DNA from: a virus
Direction: 5' to 3' (one strand)
DNA: 64,000 nt
Virus record (IMG/VR): IMGVR_UViG_3300045988_175656
The notes under the pieces are model-generated. The model was not told the origin of the DNA, made no database searches, and saw only the letters and a list, made by a program, of their open reading frames with translations. A program made the position numbers and the translations under genes. Below, piece after piece: positions 46,857 through 57,465 of the stretch (within the stretch, counting starts at the first letter, position 1; every line of letters starts with the position of its first letter).

Positions 46857-48763
46857 TAATTAAAAAGAAAATGTCAATGGAGAATCTTGTTTCTAGAATA
46901 CCAGGGCTATTCCCTTATATTCTAGAAGATTCTTATGGTATAATTAAATTACATAAGGCAATTGATGGAGACAATGGATGTTATGGAATGGTTATACCTG
47001 ATTTAAAGGTTAATTTTACTATGACAAACCCAGATAATGATAATATTGTAGTGTTTGAGAGTGGTAAATTTTATAGTTATAGAACTTTAATGAACAATTA
47101 TTATCGTTTAAAAAAATTAAATCGTACTTTAACAGCATCAGAAAGTACATTTATTGCTTTTATTGAGGAAGGAATGGGTATATTCTCTGTACCTTCTTCA
47201 ATAAAAGGTAAATTAGTTCCATCTTTTATGTTTTTAACAGAAATGCAAGAATGGTGGGAATGGTTTCAAATAATGAAGCCACGTTGTGATTGTTCAAAAG
47301 CACCATCTAACATTAATGATAATGATTGTTGTGCTTGTGCAGAATATTGTGACAAAGGTGGAGATGATATGTATAATTTTTTACAAAGTAATGTTAATAA
47401 AATTGACACAATTGCTAATAAGTATTATAATTATGCACTAAATAATAGTGGTAATTTTGGTGGTAGTATTAATATGAGTCTTTTATTGACTCAAAATATT
47501 GATGATATGGGTTTAGGGTTAATATATTCATCAGAATGGGTTCCAGGAAAGAAATATCATGTTGGAGATATTGTTTTATATAACGAAGAATCTTGGATAT
47601 TGTATGAGGGTTCTGGTGGCACTAATTTTACTATTTGTCAAATGAATGATAACAATAGGTTTGATGAAGGTTTTGATTATTATGGTAATTATAATGGAAA
47701 AACTGATGAAATTGAGTTTGATAGTGCTGAAAATGCTCATTGGAGAAGAAATGTCACAAATGACATATCATATCTTACAGAAAATTGCAAATATAAATTT
47801 TATAAATCAAATACAGGCACAAATATTGACTTATTACCAATAAATTCTTATTATGTAAAAGATAACGATTCATATGATAAATTGCTTGCATCAACTATTG
47901 ATAATGTAAGCATTACAGGTGCAACTAATTCAAAATTAACATCATTAAGACGTATTAAACGTTTAGTTGATGAAACTGGTCAAGAAAGTGTACCAAATAG
48001 TGAATCTAATGTAGATTGGTGCTGTTTATATGAAAAAGGGATTGTTCTAAATGTACAAACATGGGTAGATGATAATGGAAACATTGTATATTATGATGAT
48101 TGGGAAGATATGACAGTACACAATATACAATCTCCTGGTAATACAGTAAATACAGTAATATACAGCAATAGTTTAATTGCATTTGGTGATATTTTAGAAG
48201 ATATAAAATTAGGCGATAATAATACAATAATTTTTAGCTATTGTATTGGTGCTCATTTGATTGGAAACGATATAAACACATTAACATCTACAACAGAGCC
48301 AACTCAATATCGTTTTAGTAATTTTACAATTGATTCTAATCATAAAGGCATTCAATATGTTGAAACATATTATTATGACCCTGATACATTTGATTATGAT
48401 GTAACAAAAAGCCCATCAGAAAATTTAAATGATGATGGGGCACAAAAGAAAGGTGAATTTTATACAGTAGGTTCTAAGTCATTAATTAAAAGTGAATTAG
48501 GAAATAGTGGAAAGATTTTGAATAACATTTTAACAGATTTTACCACTAAAAGAACAGAACCAGACTATATATATTCAAAGGAATATCGAACAGATGATTT
48601 GATTGGAGTTACTTTTGACCCTATTGTTGATGTAAATGTTGTTGTAGATAGAGGTATAAATGCAGCATTTGAGAGACATTTGAAATTGGGAGAGGTAAAA
48701 ACCTTGGATGACCTTGTTAATTATGGGAATAATTTCTTCAATGTGAAGAATGTTAATGAATAA
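46853..48763 (+). CDS. hypothetical structural protein with a Cys cluster
   Basis: 636-aa ORF with an ATGA overlap. Contains the cluster CDCSKAPSNINDNDCCACAEYC. Confidence 0.6.
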   Translation: MIIKKKMSMENLVSRIPGLFPYILEDSYGIIKLHKAIDGDNGCYGMVIPDLKVNFTMTNPDNDNIVVFESGKFYSYRTLMNNYYRLKKLNRTLTASESTFIAFIEEGMGIFSVPSSIKGKLVPSFMFLTEMQEWWEWFQIMKPRCDCSKAPSNINDNDCCACAEYCDKGGDDMYNFLQSNVNKIDTIANKYYNYALNNSGNFGGSINMSLLLTQNIDDMGLGLIYSSEWVPGKKYHVGDIVLYNEESWILYEGSGGTNFTICQMNDNNRFDEGFDYYGNYNGKTDEIEFDSAENAHWRRNVTNDISYLTENCKYKFYKSNTGTNIDLLPINSYYVKDNDSYDKLLASTIDNVSITGATNSKLTSLRRIKRLVDETGQESVPNSESNVDWCCLYEKGIVLNVQTWVDDNGNIVYYDDWEDMTVHNIQSPGNTVNTVIYSNSLIAFGDILEDIKLGDNNTIIFSYCIGAHLIGNDINTLTSTTEPTQYRFSNFTIDSNHKGIQYVETYYYDPDTFDYDVTKSPSENLNDDGAQKKGEFYTVGSKSLIKSELGNSGKILNNILTDFTTKRTEPDYIYSKEYRTDDLIGVTFDPIVDVNVVVDRGINAAFERHLKLGEVKTLDDLVNYGNNFFNVKNVNE

Positions 48764-48784
48764 AATATTAATTATAAAAATAAT

Positions 48785-49690
48785 ATGTCAAATGGTACAT
48801 ATGGAACTATAAAGCCAAGTTTAATAAATCCACAAATGGATGTTGAGATTTGGTATCATTATAGACCGACAAGAAACAGTGAAGATGAAAGTTTTAAAAA
48901 TTTTAAAAAAATTGATAATGTTAGTGAAATGTTTAGCAATTCCACTTGTGATACAACATTAAAAGATACTACATTACCAGGGATGTATAATTTAAAACTT
49001 CCACTAACATATTTTAATAAAAAAGGAATATATACTGTATATATTAAACCTAAAGAAATAGAGTGTACCATTAAGGATATTGGTGCTTTATCTGCATATC
49101 CTGATGTGAGAGGTGTGGTTCTTGATATGAATGATGTTGATACTGAAAATTCAAGTTTATTTGAAAATGGTCAATTGGTTGGATATAGAATTGATTATAT
49201 TGATAATGGTTTAAGACAAAATTATTATAGAATTATAACGTCTAATAATAAATGTGAACCAATAGCACAAAATTTGACATCATCTAATACCAATTCTAAT
49301 GGTTACAGGTTTAATGATAGTTCAACATTAACATTTTTAACTGTAACACCATCTACAAGTCCAACATATAAAGCAAATGCACAACCGTTTATTGGTAGAG
49401 TGGGACAAACTATTTTCATTACAAACACTAAATTCAATCCTGTTTCAGTTGAAATTGAACTAGTTGAACATGACATTGAAACATTGACAAATGTTGTTGA
49501 AGGAAATCAAGTTCGTTCATTAGATAGAGGTTTGGTTACAACATATAACCAAGACGGAGAAATTTACATACAACAAGAGTTCTTTACCCTTAAAGATTCA
49601 TATACTAAAAGTGATGTATATGAAGTTAGAAAGAAAAAGACAGATAATATTGATTTTACGCAAGATTATGAAAGCATAATGAATAATTAA
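48785..49690 (+). CDS. hypothetical structural protein
   Basis: 301-aa ORF in the same operon. Confidence 0.6.
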   Translation: MSNGTYGTIKPSLINPQMDVEIWYHYRPTRNSEDESFKNFKKIDNVSEMFSNSTCDTTLKDTTLPGMYNLKLPLTYFNKKGIYTVYIKPKEIECTIKDIGALSAYPDVRGVVLDMNDVDTENSSLFENGQLVGYRIDYIDNGLRQNYYRIITSNNKCEPIAQNLTSSNTNSNGYRFNDSSTLTFLTVTPSTSPTYKANAQPFIGRVGQTIFITNTKFNPVSVEIELVEHDIETLTNVVEGNQVRSLDRGLVTTYNQDGEIYIQQEFFTLKDSYTKSDVYEVRKKKTDNIDFTQDYESIMNN

Positions 49691-49707
49691 TTTGGACAAT
49701 ATAACAT

Positions 49708-52700
49708 ATGTCAAGATATATTAAATCACATAGTAACTACACATTAAGAAAACAACATCAACTTGTTAAAAATGGTACTATTTTTGAACGAGATTGGGTG
49801 ACTATTGGTGGAACAGGAAGGTTTACACCAGGTCAAACTCCTATATATTCAAATGGTAATTTTATTTTTACAATTAATAATAGCCCTAGTTATCAAAAGA
49901 AACATAAATATGGACATTGGGTAACTTCACCTGATGGTGATATTGTATGGACTGATGATGAAGTTGAGGATGTAAATCTTCCTGACACAACTTCTGATGT
50001 TGAAGTGAATGAAGTCTCAAATGATTTAAGAGATTTTGCTTACTATGGTTCTTGTGTTGAATTAGTTAGAGCTTCAATTGAAGATATAATAAAATATTTC
50101 CCTGCTGAATTATATTTTAGTGGAAAGGTAACACAAATAGTAACAGGAAATACAGAAGATGAAAATCCTTTTCAAACAGTTGAAGGTTTTATTGTTGATA
50201 ATGATTTTCAAATAAACTTAATTAATAATAATGTTATATTAAGTGAATATGAAAATGATTTACGTTATTTGTCTTATTCATACAAAGATTATGAAATTAT
50301 AAGTGGTAATACTAAAATACCTGTTACAAGTGTCACAATTATCAATGAAGATGTTGATGTGAATTGTTTGACAGAAGGACAATTATTAAATACAATCACT
50401 ATAAATGGTAATATTGTTATAAAAGGTCGTTTTGTTAATGGAGAAAGACAATTTTTTCATAACAGTACAATTGGTTTGCATATTAGACCAAAACAGAATA
50501 TAATTGACAAATATTTTAAAGAGTTAGATGGATTTGAAAAAGTATTATTAAATCGAAAATCAAGCCCAATTTACACAAATACATTTTTAACACCTATTGA
50601 GACTAATAAAGGTATTACTTTTATTAATCGTAAATATTCATGGGCAGTTGTTAATGGATGGAATTTAGATATATCAAGCCCTAATTATTTATCATTTTTC
50701 AATGGTTTATTGGAAGTAGCTCAAATATTGGATGATTATTATTGCGATAACATATATCGGTCAATGACTCATGAAGCCATTAAAAATTTTGACTGGACTT
50801 ATACAAGAGAATATAATGAAGGTGACGAGCAAGAATATGTTGTTGCAGGTACTAAAGTAGCAAATTTATTAAGGATTTGGGGGCGCATTCTTGATGATAT
50901 AAAAAGATATATTGATGGTATAAAATTCACAAACACAATTACATATAATAGACAGAATAATATATCTGATTATTTTCTTAGTGACAAATTAGAGTTGGGT
51001 GGATGGGATGTTTCAACTGTTGTAAAGACAGGAACAGAAAATAATACAACTGATATTTTATATACAGGTGAATCAACAGGTTATACATATACTGAGGTAA
51101 ACAATCAGTTTATGAGACGTTTGGTTTTATGTTCTAAGGCTATTTTTAGAGCCAAAGGGACTCGAAAAGCAATAGAGATGTTACTTGGTATGTTTGGTAT
51201 CAACAAGGATTGGTATTCAATAAATGAGTACTATTATACTTGCAGTCCAATTACCAATTCTAATACTATATCATTAATACAATCTATAAATTCAGAAAAA
51301 AGCATTGTATTATCTGATGAAGATGACCCTTATAGTGGGTTATTAGTTAAAGAAATTAATGACAATGGAAATATTTATTTAGTTCCTTGGTTTGACAAGA
51401 ATTTAACATATGATGGAAATCCATATTTTCAATCTAATGGTGGATGGGGAAGTGAGAATCCTCTTCCATTGAATAATGGTAACTTCATATATAAAGAAAC
51501 AATGCCTTATATTAATGTAGTTCCAACATTAGATGAATTGTTTACTCTTAATATTGGTCGAATAACTCCTAATGATGTATATTATGTATATGACATAAGT
51601 AATATTTCAGATTATAATTTTGTGTATGATAATCCAAGTTTATCAGGAAACCCAACAAATTATTTTATATTAGGTAATGACCAAACAGTGACAGATGAAA
51701 ATACAATAATTAACAATTCAAGAAACGCATCTGGATGGACTTGTGCTACATACCAAACAGTTGGAAATGATAAAATAATTTCTAATGAAAGAGTTGTGTA
51801 TTTAGAATCTATTATATCTAAAAATAATGGAAACAATCCTCATATTGGTTATGGACATTATGATATGGGTAAAGAATTTTTTGATTATTTAAGAGAATTA
51901 TTTAAATATGCTCTTGATAATAGTAAAATTTCAGGAAGTGATAGTGAGTTAAATCAATATAAAACATTAGGTTTTACTGATATAGATTTTAATTCACCAA
52001 CTTTAGACCCAATTAAAATACAAAATATTGATGTTTATAAAAGTATATGTGGCTCAGGGAAAAAAAGCACAAAAGCTACTCCTACTAAAATATTTCTAAA
52101 TACAAAATTGCTAGTTATTGAAAATAAATACACAGGGAATGCTGAATATAGAAAATATTTTACAGATTATGTATTACCATATCTTGAACAAATAATACCA
52201 TCGACTGCTATATTTGGTATTAAAGGTTTTGATGAAAATGGTGGAAAATATTTAACACTATCAACTAATGAAGTTAAATTAAATGATTCTATGAATCCTA
52301 TTAGTTCAAAAGATGTTGTGTTAAATGCTTCAGGAAATTGGAATTCTGCCCCTGTGAGTGCTTTGGTTAATGGTGTTCCATCAAACGGAAGTGAAACTAA
52401 TTTGACATTTACAGTTGAAAAAAAAAAAGACGAAAAAAAATACGGGAGTGAAAAAATAACATTTATGTTAGATGAAGATAATTCAATTACTTCAGTTTTA
52501 AATGTTACAGTTTCGCAAATTAGTGCTTCTGACATATCATTTGATGATGCAACAGGTGGTACTAAGAGTACAAATATAATAGTTGATGGGTTAAGTAATA
52601 ATCCTAATTATTATATTGTAAATAATGTATCGTGGGCTAATGTTATTAAAAATGGAAATACTATTACAGTAACAGCAACTCAAAATAATAATTCAAGCCA

Positions 52701-55700
52701 AAGAAACGGAACAATTATTGTCTATAACATGAATGATAACAATTGTTATTGGATTATTAATGTCATACAAGTTGGTGCTGATATTAGTATTTCATCATCA
52801 TGTTTATACCAATCAAAAATAAATAATATACCAAATTGTGTCAATGAAGTTCCATATATAGGTGGTATTTATTATATTGATGTTGAAGCAATAGGTGGAG
52901 CACAAGATTATAACTATACATTTTTCTCAGATATTACAGGAGCGAATGTGGTAACAGAAAAAATAAGTTCTAAACTATTAAAAGTTACAATTGGTGAAAA
53001 TCCAACTGTAAATGACATAAACTATACTTTTACATTTACCCATATTAATGATGATAGTAAGAAAGTAACAACAACATTTAAACTTTTAAAAGCAACTGGT
53101 TTAAGTATCTTAGTAAATGGTAAAAGTGAAGCTGAAGGAACTGTACAATATATAGGTGGTAATATTACACCTACATTTGTAGTAACAGCTAATGGAGCAT
53201 CAAAAACTTGGAGTGTAGATATTTCTACAATTCCAGATTGGTTAGAAGTTTCAATTGATGTAAATAATTTAACAATTATAGCTGATTCACTTACATCAAC
53301 AACATCAAGAGAAGCAAAAATAACAGTATATCATAACGATGACCACTCAGTTAAAGCTTATATTGACATAACACAAAAAGGTGTTGGGGAATTATCAATT
53401 GTAGCTAATCCTGATACTATTACATTTGATAGTAATGGGGGAAGTATGATAATATCAGTTGATGTATATGGTGGTTTAAAAAATTATACAATAGCTCCAT
53501 CATGTAATTGGATAACAACAGAAAACAATGTTGTTGGCGATTATGGGGATTATACAGAGTACAAACTGGTTGTTAATGCATCCCAATATAAAGATACAAC
53601 ACAAAACAGAACTTGTACATTAACATTAATACATAACAATAATACGTCAATAACAGAAGTAATAAATATTACACAAAATGCAGCAATAGCGTATGATATT
53701 TATGCAACAAAAATTGGAGAGATTACACCTGTAACTGCCGTAACAGACATTCCATTTACCCAAACAACTGAAGAAAATGGAAGAAAATTTGATGTTTATG
53801 TTTCCCCATCTTATGCTGGATATGTTGTAGATGATGATGTTTCATGGCTTTATACTTCAACAAATGGAAATGTATTAACAGTGTGGTTTGATACTAATAG
53901 TTCAAGTACTGAAAGAAGTGGAACTGTTGTATTAAAAAATGCGTTAGACACAACAAAAACACATACTATTATATTTACACAAGCAGGAGCTGGTTTATTA
54001 TTTATTGGTGGTAAGTTACCAAGTAGCACAGAATATTCTTCTAATATATCAATGCAATTTGAAGCCAATGATAGTGCTAAACAAGTTGATGTTAAAGTGG
54101 ATGGTGGGTCTGCTGAGTTTATTCTTGATTCAGCTAATGCAGCAAAATATCCGTGGCTACATATAGCACCATCAACAGGAAAAACTGGACAAGTTACAAT
54201 AAATTGTGATTCTAATACTGAAAATAATAACAGAACAGGAACAATTGTGTTAGTACATAAGGATAATACAGATTATTCTTTTATAATTAATGTTCAGCAA
54301 AATCAAGGTTATAATTTAACAATTGAGCCTAATGATGGTGGTAATACAATTAATACAAGTACTGTTGCAGATGTTGCACAATCAGGTATAATTAAAACAT
54401 TTAATATTGCTGCAACAGGGGGAGATGCTAAATATAAATTTGTTGGGAGTAACGTAGATTGGATTTTAGGTAATGGTTCTTCATTAACGAATTTATCAAG
54501 TGGTACATCAGATACTATATTTAAGTTACAAGTACTCCCTAATGATACAGGAGCAGTAAGAAGCGCAACAGTTACATTTGAACATGTAAATGATAGTTCT
54601 AAAAAAGTATATATAATTGTTAATCAATTAATTGTTGTTTATGATATTTTAATTGACGGATTAAAAGAAGTTCAATGGAATGAAATTGAATCAATGGAAA
54701 TAGAAAGAACATTTGCAATAACAATTAGTGGCGGTTCAATGCAATATACTGTTGATGACCCTATTGAATGTACTTTTGATGAAGCAACAGGAACTTATAG
54801 TGAATTGCCTGGACAAAATGCTGATTGGGTCAATGTGTTTAATCAAGGTAATTCTTTAATACTTGATTTAAATGAAAATGGTTTGCCTACAATTAGAGCC
54901 GCTAAAATTAAAGTAAAACATAATGATAAACCTAATGATGTTTATGCTGAAATATACTTATGGCAAAAAGCTGCTGAAATTGAATATAAAAATTATAAAA
55001 TTGTAGTCAATCCAACAGCTACCACTTTTTCTAATGAAGGCGGTAATGCAACAGTTAGAGTGACATCAACAAGAGATAAGTATGTAAATGGCAATTTTAT
55101 TAAAACAGAGAATGTTTCTTATAAAATTAAAATTGAAGATGATATACCTATTACTTATACAAATATATTTAAAGTATATGGTAAAGAAACTGACCAAAAC
55201 TATAATATAGAAGCTTCTGGAGATACTATTGACATGGCTGTTGTGTCTGTTATGAAGAATGATACAACAGGTTCAGAAAATTTTGTGGTATGGAACGCAA
55301 CATCTGATTCTGACTGGATTAACATTGATTTTATTGATTCTAACAGAATTACTGTTTCTATATTAGAAAATATAACTAATTCAAGTAGAAGTGGAAAGTT
55401 GACTTTTAAGCAAGATAAAGAAGATGCAAAAACAATTGTTATTACATATAATCAAAATCATTATCCACAAAATGTTATATGGGTTGACCCAACTGAAAAT
55501 ACAACAAAAGAAATTGAATCGGGTGCTACTTCTTTTATTGCATATGCAAATACTACTGCATTAACCTATAATGATGTGGTTGTAACTAAAAATCCTGACG
55601 ATACATGGGTATCAGTTTCAGCACCTTCTCAGGGAGAAAATGAATATGGTGAAAAAGCTGTTAAAGTTGAAATAACAGTTGAAGAAAATAATGATAGTGA

Positions 55701-55734
55701 TAGAGAATTATCTATCATAATAGATAAAAAATAA
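49708..55734 (+). CDS. giant tail-fibre/decoration protein with tandem BACON-like Ig modules (2008 aa)
   Basis: The C-terminal ~1150 aa is made of ~100-aa modules. Each ends ...N..(S/T/N)xR(x)G/A-T-[IV]-x-[VLF]...I-x-[IV]-x-Q, for example QRNGTIIVYN...INVIQ, SREAKITVYH...IDITQ, ERSGTVVLKN...IIFTQ. Confidence 0.7.
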   Translation: MSRYIKSHSNYTLRKQHQLVKNGTIFERDWVTIGGTGRFTPGQTPIYSNGNFIFTINNSPSYQKKHKYGHWVTSPDGDIVWTDDEVEDVNLPDTTSDVEVNEVSNDLRDFAYYGSCVELVRASIEDIIKYFPAELYFSGKVTQIVTGNTEDENPFQTVEGFIVDNDFQINLINNNVILSEYENDLRYLSYSYKDYEIISGNTKIPVTSVTIINEDVDVNCLTEGQLLNTITINGNIVIKGRFVNGERQFFHNSTIGLHIRPKQNIIDKYFKELDGFEKVLLNRKSSPIYTNTFLTPIETNKGITFINRKYSWAVVNGWNLDISSPNYLSFFNGLLEVAQILDDYYCDNIYRSMTHEAIKNFDWTYTREYNEGDEQEYVVAGTKVANLLRIWGRILDDIKRYIDGIKFTNTITYNRQNNISDYFLSDKLELGGWDVSTVVKTGTENNTTDILYTGESTGYTYTEVNNQFMRRLVLCSKAIFRAKGTRKAIEMLLGMFGINKDWYSINEYYYTCSPITNSNTISLIQSINSEKSIVLSDEDDPYSGLLVKEINDNGNIYLVPWFDKNLTYDGNPYFQSNGGWGSENPLPLNNGNFIYKETMPYINVVPTLDELFTLNIGRITPNDVYYVYDISNISDYNFVYDNPSLSGNPTNYFILGNDQTVTDENTIINNSRNASGWTCATYQTVGNDKIISNERVVYLESIISKNNGNNPHIGYGHYDMGKEFFDYLRELFKYALDNSKISGSDSELNQYKTLGFTDIDFNSPTLDPIKIQNIDVYKSICGSGKKSTKATPTKIFLNTKLLVIENKYTGNAEYRKYFTDYVLPYLEQIIPSTAIFGIKGFDENGGKYLTLSTNEVKLNDSMNPISSKDVVLNASGNWNSAPVSALVNGVPSNGSETNLTFTVEKKKDEKKYGSEKITFMLDEDNSITSVLNVTVSQISASDISFDDATGGTKSTNIIVDGLSNNPNYYIVNNVSWANVIKNGNTITVTATQNNNSSQRNGTIIVYNMNDNNCYWIINVIQVGADISISSSCLYQSKINNIPNCVNEVPYIGGIYYIDVEAIGGAQDYNYTFFSDITGANVVTEKISSKLLKVTIGENPTVNDINYTFTFTHINDDSKKVTTTFKLLKATGLSILVNGKSEAEGTVQYIGGNITPTFVVTANGASKTWSVDISTIPDWLEVSIDVNNLTIIADSLTSTTSREAKITVYHNDDHSVKAYIDITQKGVGELSIVANPDTITFDSNGGSMIISVDVYGGLKNYTIAPSCNWITTENNVVGDYGDYTEYKLVVNASQYKDTTQNRTCTLTLIHNNNTSITEVINITQNAAIAYDIYATKIGEITPVTAVTDIPFTQTTEENGRKFDVYVSPSYAGYVVDDDVSWLYTSTNGNVLTVWFDTNSSSTERSGTVVLKNALDTTKTHTIIFTQAGAGLLFIGGKLPSSTEYSSNISMQFEANDSAKQVDVKVDGGSAEFILDSANAAKYPWLHIAPSTGKTGQVTINCDSNTENNNRTGTIVLVHKDNTDYSFIINVQQNQGYNLTIEPNDGGNTINTSTVADVAQSGIIKTFNIAATGGDAKYKFVGSNVDWILGNGSSLTNLSSGTSDTIFKLQVLPNDTGAVRSATVTFEHVNDSSKKVYIIVNQLIVVYDILIDGLKEVQWNEIESMEIERTFAITISGGSMQYTVDDPIECTFDEATGTYSELPGQNADWVNVFNQGNSLILDLNENGLPTIRAAKIKVKHNDKPNDVYAEIYLWQKAAEIEYKNYKIVVNPTATTFSNEGGNATVRVTSTRDKYVNGNFIKTENVSYKIKIEDDIPITYTNIFKVYGKETDQNYNIEASGDTIDMAVVSVMKNDTTGSENFVVWNATSDSDWINIDFIDSNRITVSILENITNSSRSGKLTFKQDKEDAKTIVITYNQNHYPQNVIWVDPTENTTKEIESGATSFIAYANTTALTYNDVVVTKNPDDTWVSVSAPSQGENEYGEKAVKVEITVEENNDSDRELSIIIDKK
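52250..55734 (+). repeat. array of about 11 tandem diverged BACON-like modules (protein-level repeat)
   Basis: Module boundaries fall at recurring Q residues (VSQ, VIQ, LLK, ITQ, ITQ, FTQ, VQQ, VNQ, LWQ, YNQ, DKK). The start coordinate is approximate. Confidence 0.7.
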
Positions 55735-55740
55735 AAAATT

Positions 55741-56517
55741 ATGGCAGATTCAACATGGGTAACAACTTCAATAAAAGAGGATGAATGTGTAACTGTAAAT
55801 AACATTACAGTTACAATAAGTCCTTATGATGGTAAGAAACAAAGAACTAAAAAGATAACATTTACACAATGTGAGGTTGGTGATGATGAAACTCAACCAA
55901 TACCAACTATTACTGAGTATCACATTACTCAAATGCCACCTGATGTAATTGTTATTCCACCTTCAGATTACATGGTATTTAGATATTTTTGGGGGGCAGA
56001 TGATGGTCGTGACTTAGATACTGCAACTGAATTTTTAAATACAGGTATTGAAAATGTTGATGACCAACCAGTTGGTTTTTCTATGAGAGGTAATAGTAAC
56101 CCAATTATAACAGGAAATACCACAACAGAACCACCTACTCCAGGGTTACTAATATGGGCAGGTGATAATATGCAAAGTGGTAATGAATGTGTATATATTA
56201 ATTTTAAATATCTTTTTGAAGCATATGAAGATGTTTTACCACAATCAACACAGATTGGTATATGGGCAACTTGGTTCGGTGAAATAAAAAGTGGTAATAT
56301 GACGTTTGAAATTACCACATATTCAGGTGGTACGATGGTAAAAGATGGATATAATTTTATAAATGAAGGTGGTTCTCAACAGTTTAGACAAACATATAGT
56401 TATAATGTTAACACTAAAAAAGGTTCATCTGATTATAAAAATCAATATACTAGAATTGGTACAGTTTATATTGACAAAGATAGTAAACAAATAACCATGA
56501 TACTTGGTAATCCATAG
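55741..56517 (+). CDS. distal fibre/receptor-binding candidate: one more BACON-like module plus a distinct C-terminal domain
   Basis: The N-terminus STWVTTSIKEDECVTVNNITVTISPYDGKKQRTKKITFTQ repeats the module pattern. It is the last gene of the operon before a strong terminator. Confidence 0.55.
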   Translation: MADSTWVTTSIKEDECVTVNNITVTISPYDGKKQRTKKITFTQCEVGDDETQPIPTITEYHITQMPPDVIVIPPSDYMVFRYFWGADDGRDLDTATEFLNTGIENVDDQPVGFSMRGNSNPIITGNTTTEPPTPGLLIWAGDNMQSGNECVYINFKYLFEAYEDVLPQSTQIGIWATWFGEIKSGNMTFEITTYSGGTMVKDGYNFINEGGSQQFRQTYSYNVNTKKGSSDYKNQYTRIGTVYIDKDSKQITMILGNP

Positions 56518-56546
56518 AAAAAGGGAGCAATTGCTCCCTTTTTATT
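56518..56546. terminator. bidirectional intrinsic terminator between convergent genes
   Basis: 11-bp stem AAAAAGGGAGC / GCTCCCTTTTT with a 4-nt loop. A/T runs flank it on both sides. Confidence 0.85.
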
Positions 56547-57380
56547 TTAAAGGTTTACTAACCTTTCGATGTCATCTTCAACATCTTCATAGCTTGATAT
56601 TTTAAATTTATAGATACTATAATCATTTTCAACATCATGAACTTTGTATGTTAAATCTTCAACATTCCATTCCACAAAACCATGTCCAGTAACATTCTCC
56701 CCAGCGTCTTTTTGAAATAAAGAACCTGCATATACCATAGGTATTCCATTTTTCCTTATTTCTTGTCTTTTATGAATATGCCCACAAAGAACAGCATCAC
56801 AACCAATAAAAGAGTTAACATCAATTCCTTTATCTGACATTTTACCAATATCTGTTTTTGCCCCTGGTATTTCACCATGAAATAATCCAAAAACTTTATG
56901 GTTAGGATATTTTTCTTTAATTTCATCAATATTTGGTCTTTGGTATTTTTCCCATATTGAGTATAAAGCCCAAATAATATTATTATCTACAATGTAGCCA
57001 CTTTTATAATTTAGTATTTTATCAGCATATTGAATATTTTTATACGCCCCTTCTACTTCAAATATAGGAGATAGTGCATCTTTTCTTTGTTTATTATTTT
57101 CAAGCATATCATGATTTCCTGCAATGATAATTGTAGTTGCAATGGTATTAAGATAATTTAACAGTTTAAAATATATACTATTTGCTTCAGGAGATACTTT
57201 ATTTTTAAAATCAAATATATCACCAGCAAGAACAATTCTTACTTCATCTTTATTATAATCAGCACAAACCTTACAACATTCAAAAATAAAATTTTCTATC
57301 ATTTGAGAATATGGTTTATCTTCTTCGACATTTGGAATGTGTACATCGGCAATGTGTATAATTTTTTTTATATCAGTCAT
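56547..57380 (-). CDS. Mre11/SbcD-like metallophosphoesterase nuclease (T4 gp47-like)
   Basis: Calcineurin-fold motifs in order: IHIADVHI, LAGDIFD, AGNHD, FHGE, CGHIH. Confidence 0.8.
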   Translation of the reverse strand: MTDIKKIIHIADVHIPNVEEDKPYSQMIENFIFECCKVCADYNKDEVRIVLAGDIFDFKNKVSPEANSIYFKLLNYLNTIATTIIIAGNHDMLENNKQRKDALSPIFEVEGAYKNIQYADKILNYKSGYIVDNNIIWALYSIWEKYQRPNIDEIKEKYPNHKVFGLFHGEIPGAKTDIGKMSDKGIDVNSFIGCDAVLCGHIHKRQEIRKNGIPMVYAGSLFQKDAGENVTGHGFVEWNVEDLTYKVHDVENDYSIYKFKISSYEDVEDDIERLVNL

Positions 57381-57398
57381 ATTATTCTTATTTTATGC

Positions 57399-57430
57399 AA
57401 ATATACGATTTTTTTTAAATAAGAGCAAAC
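57399..57430 (-). promoter_or_regulatory. Bacteroidota-type promoter (TTTG-N20-TATATTTG) for the SbcD-like gene
   Basis: On the minus strand: TTTG (57430-57427) and TATATTTG (57406-57399), 18 nt before the ATG at 57380. Confidence 0.7.
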
Positions 57431-57465
57431 ATTTATGCAATATTTATATTAAAAGTAATTAAATT

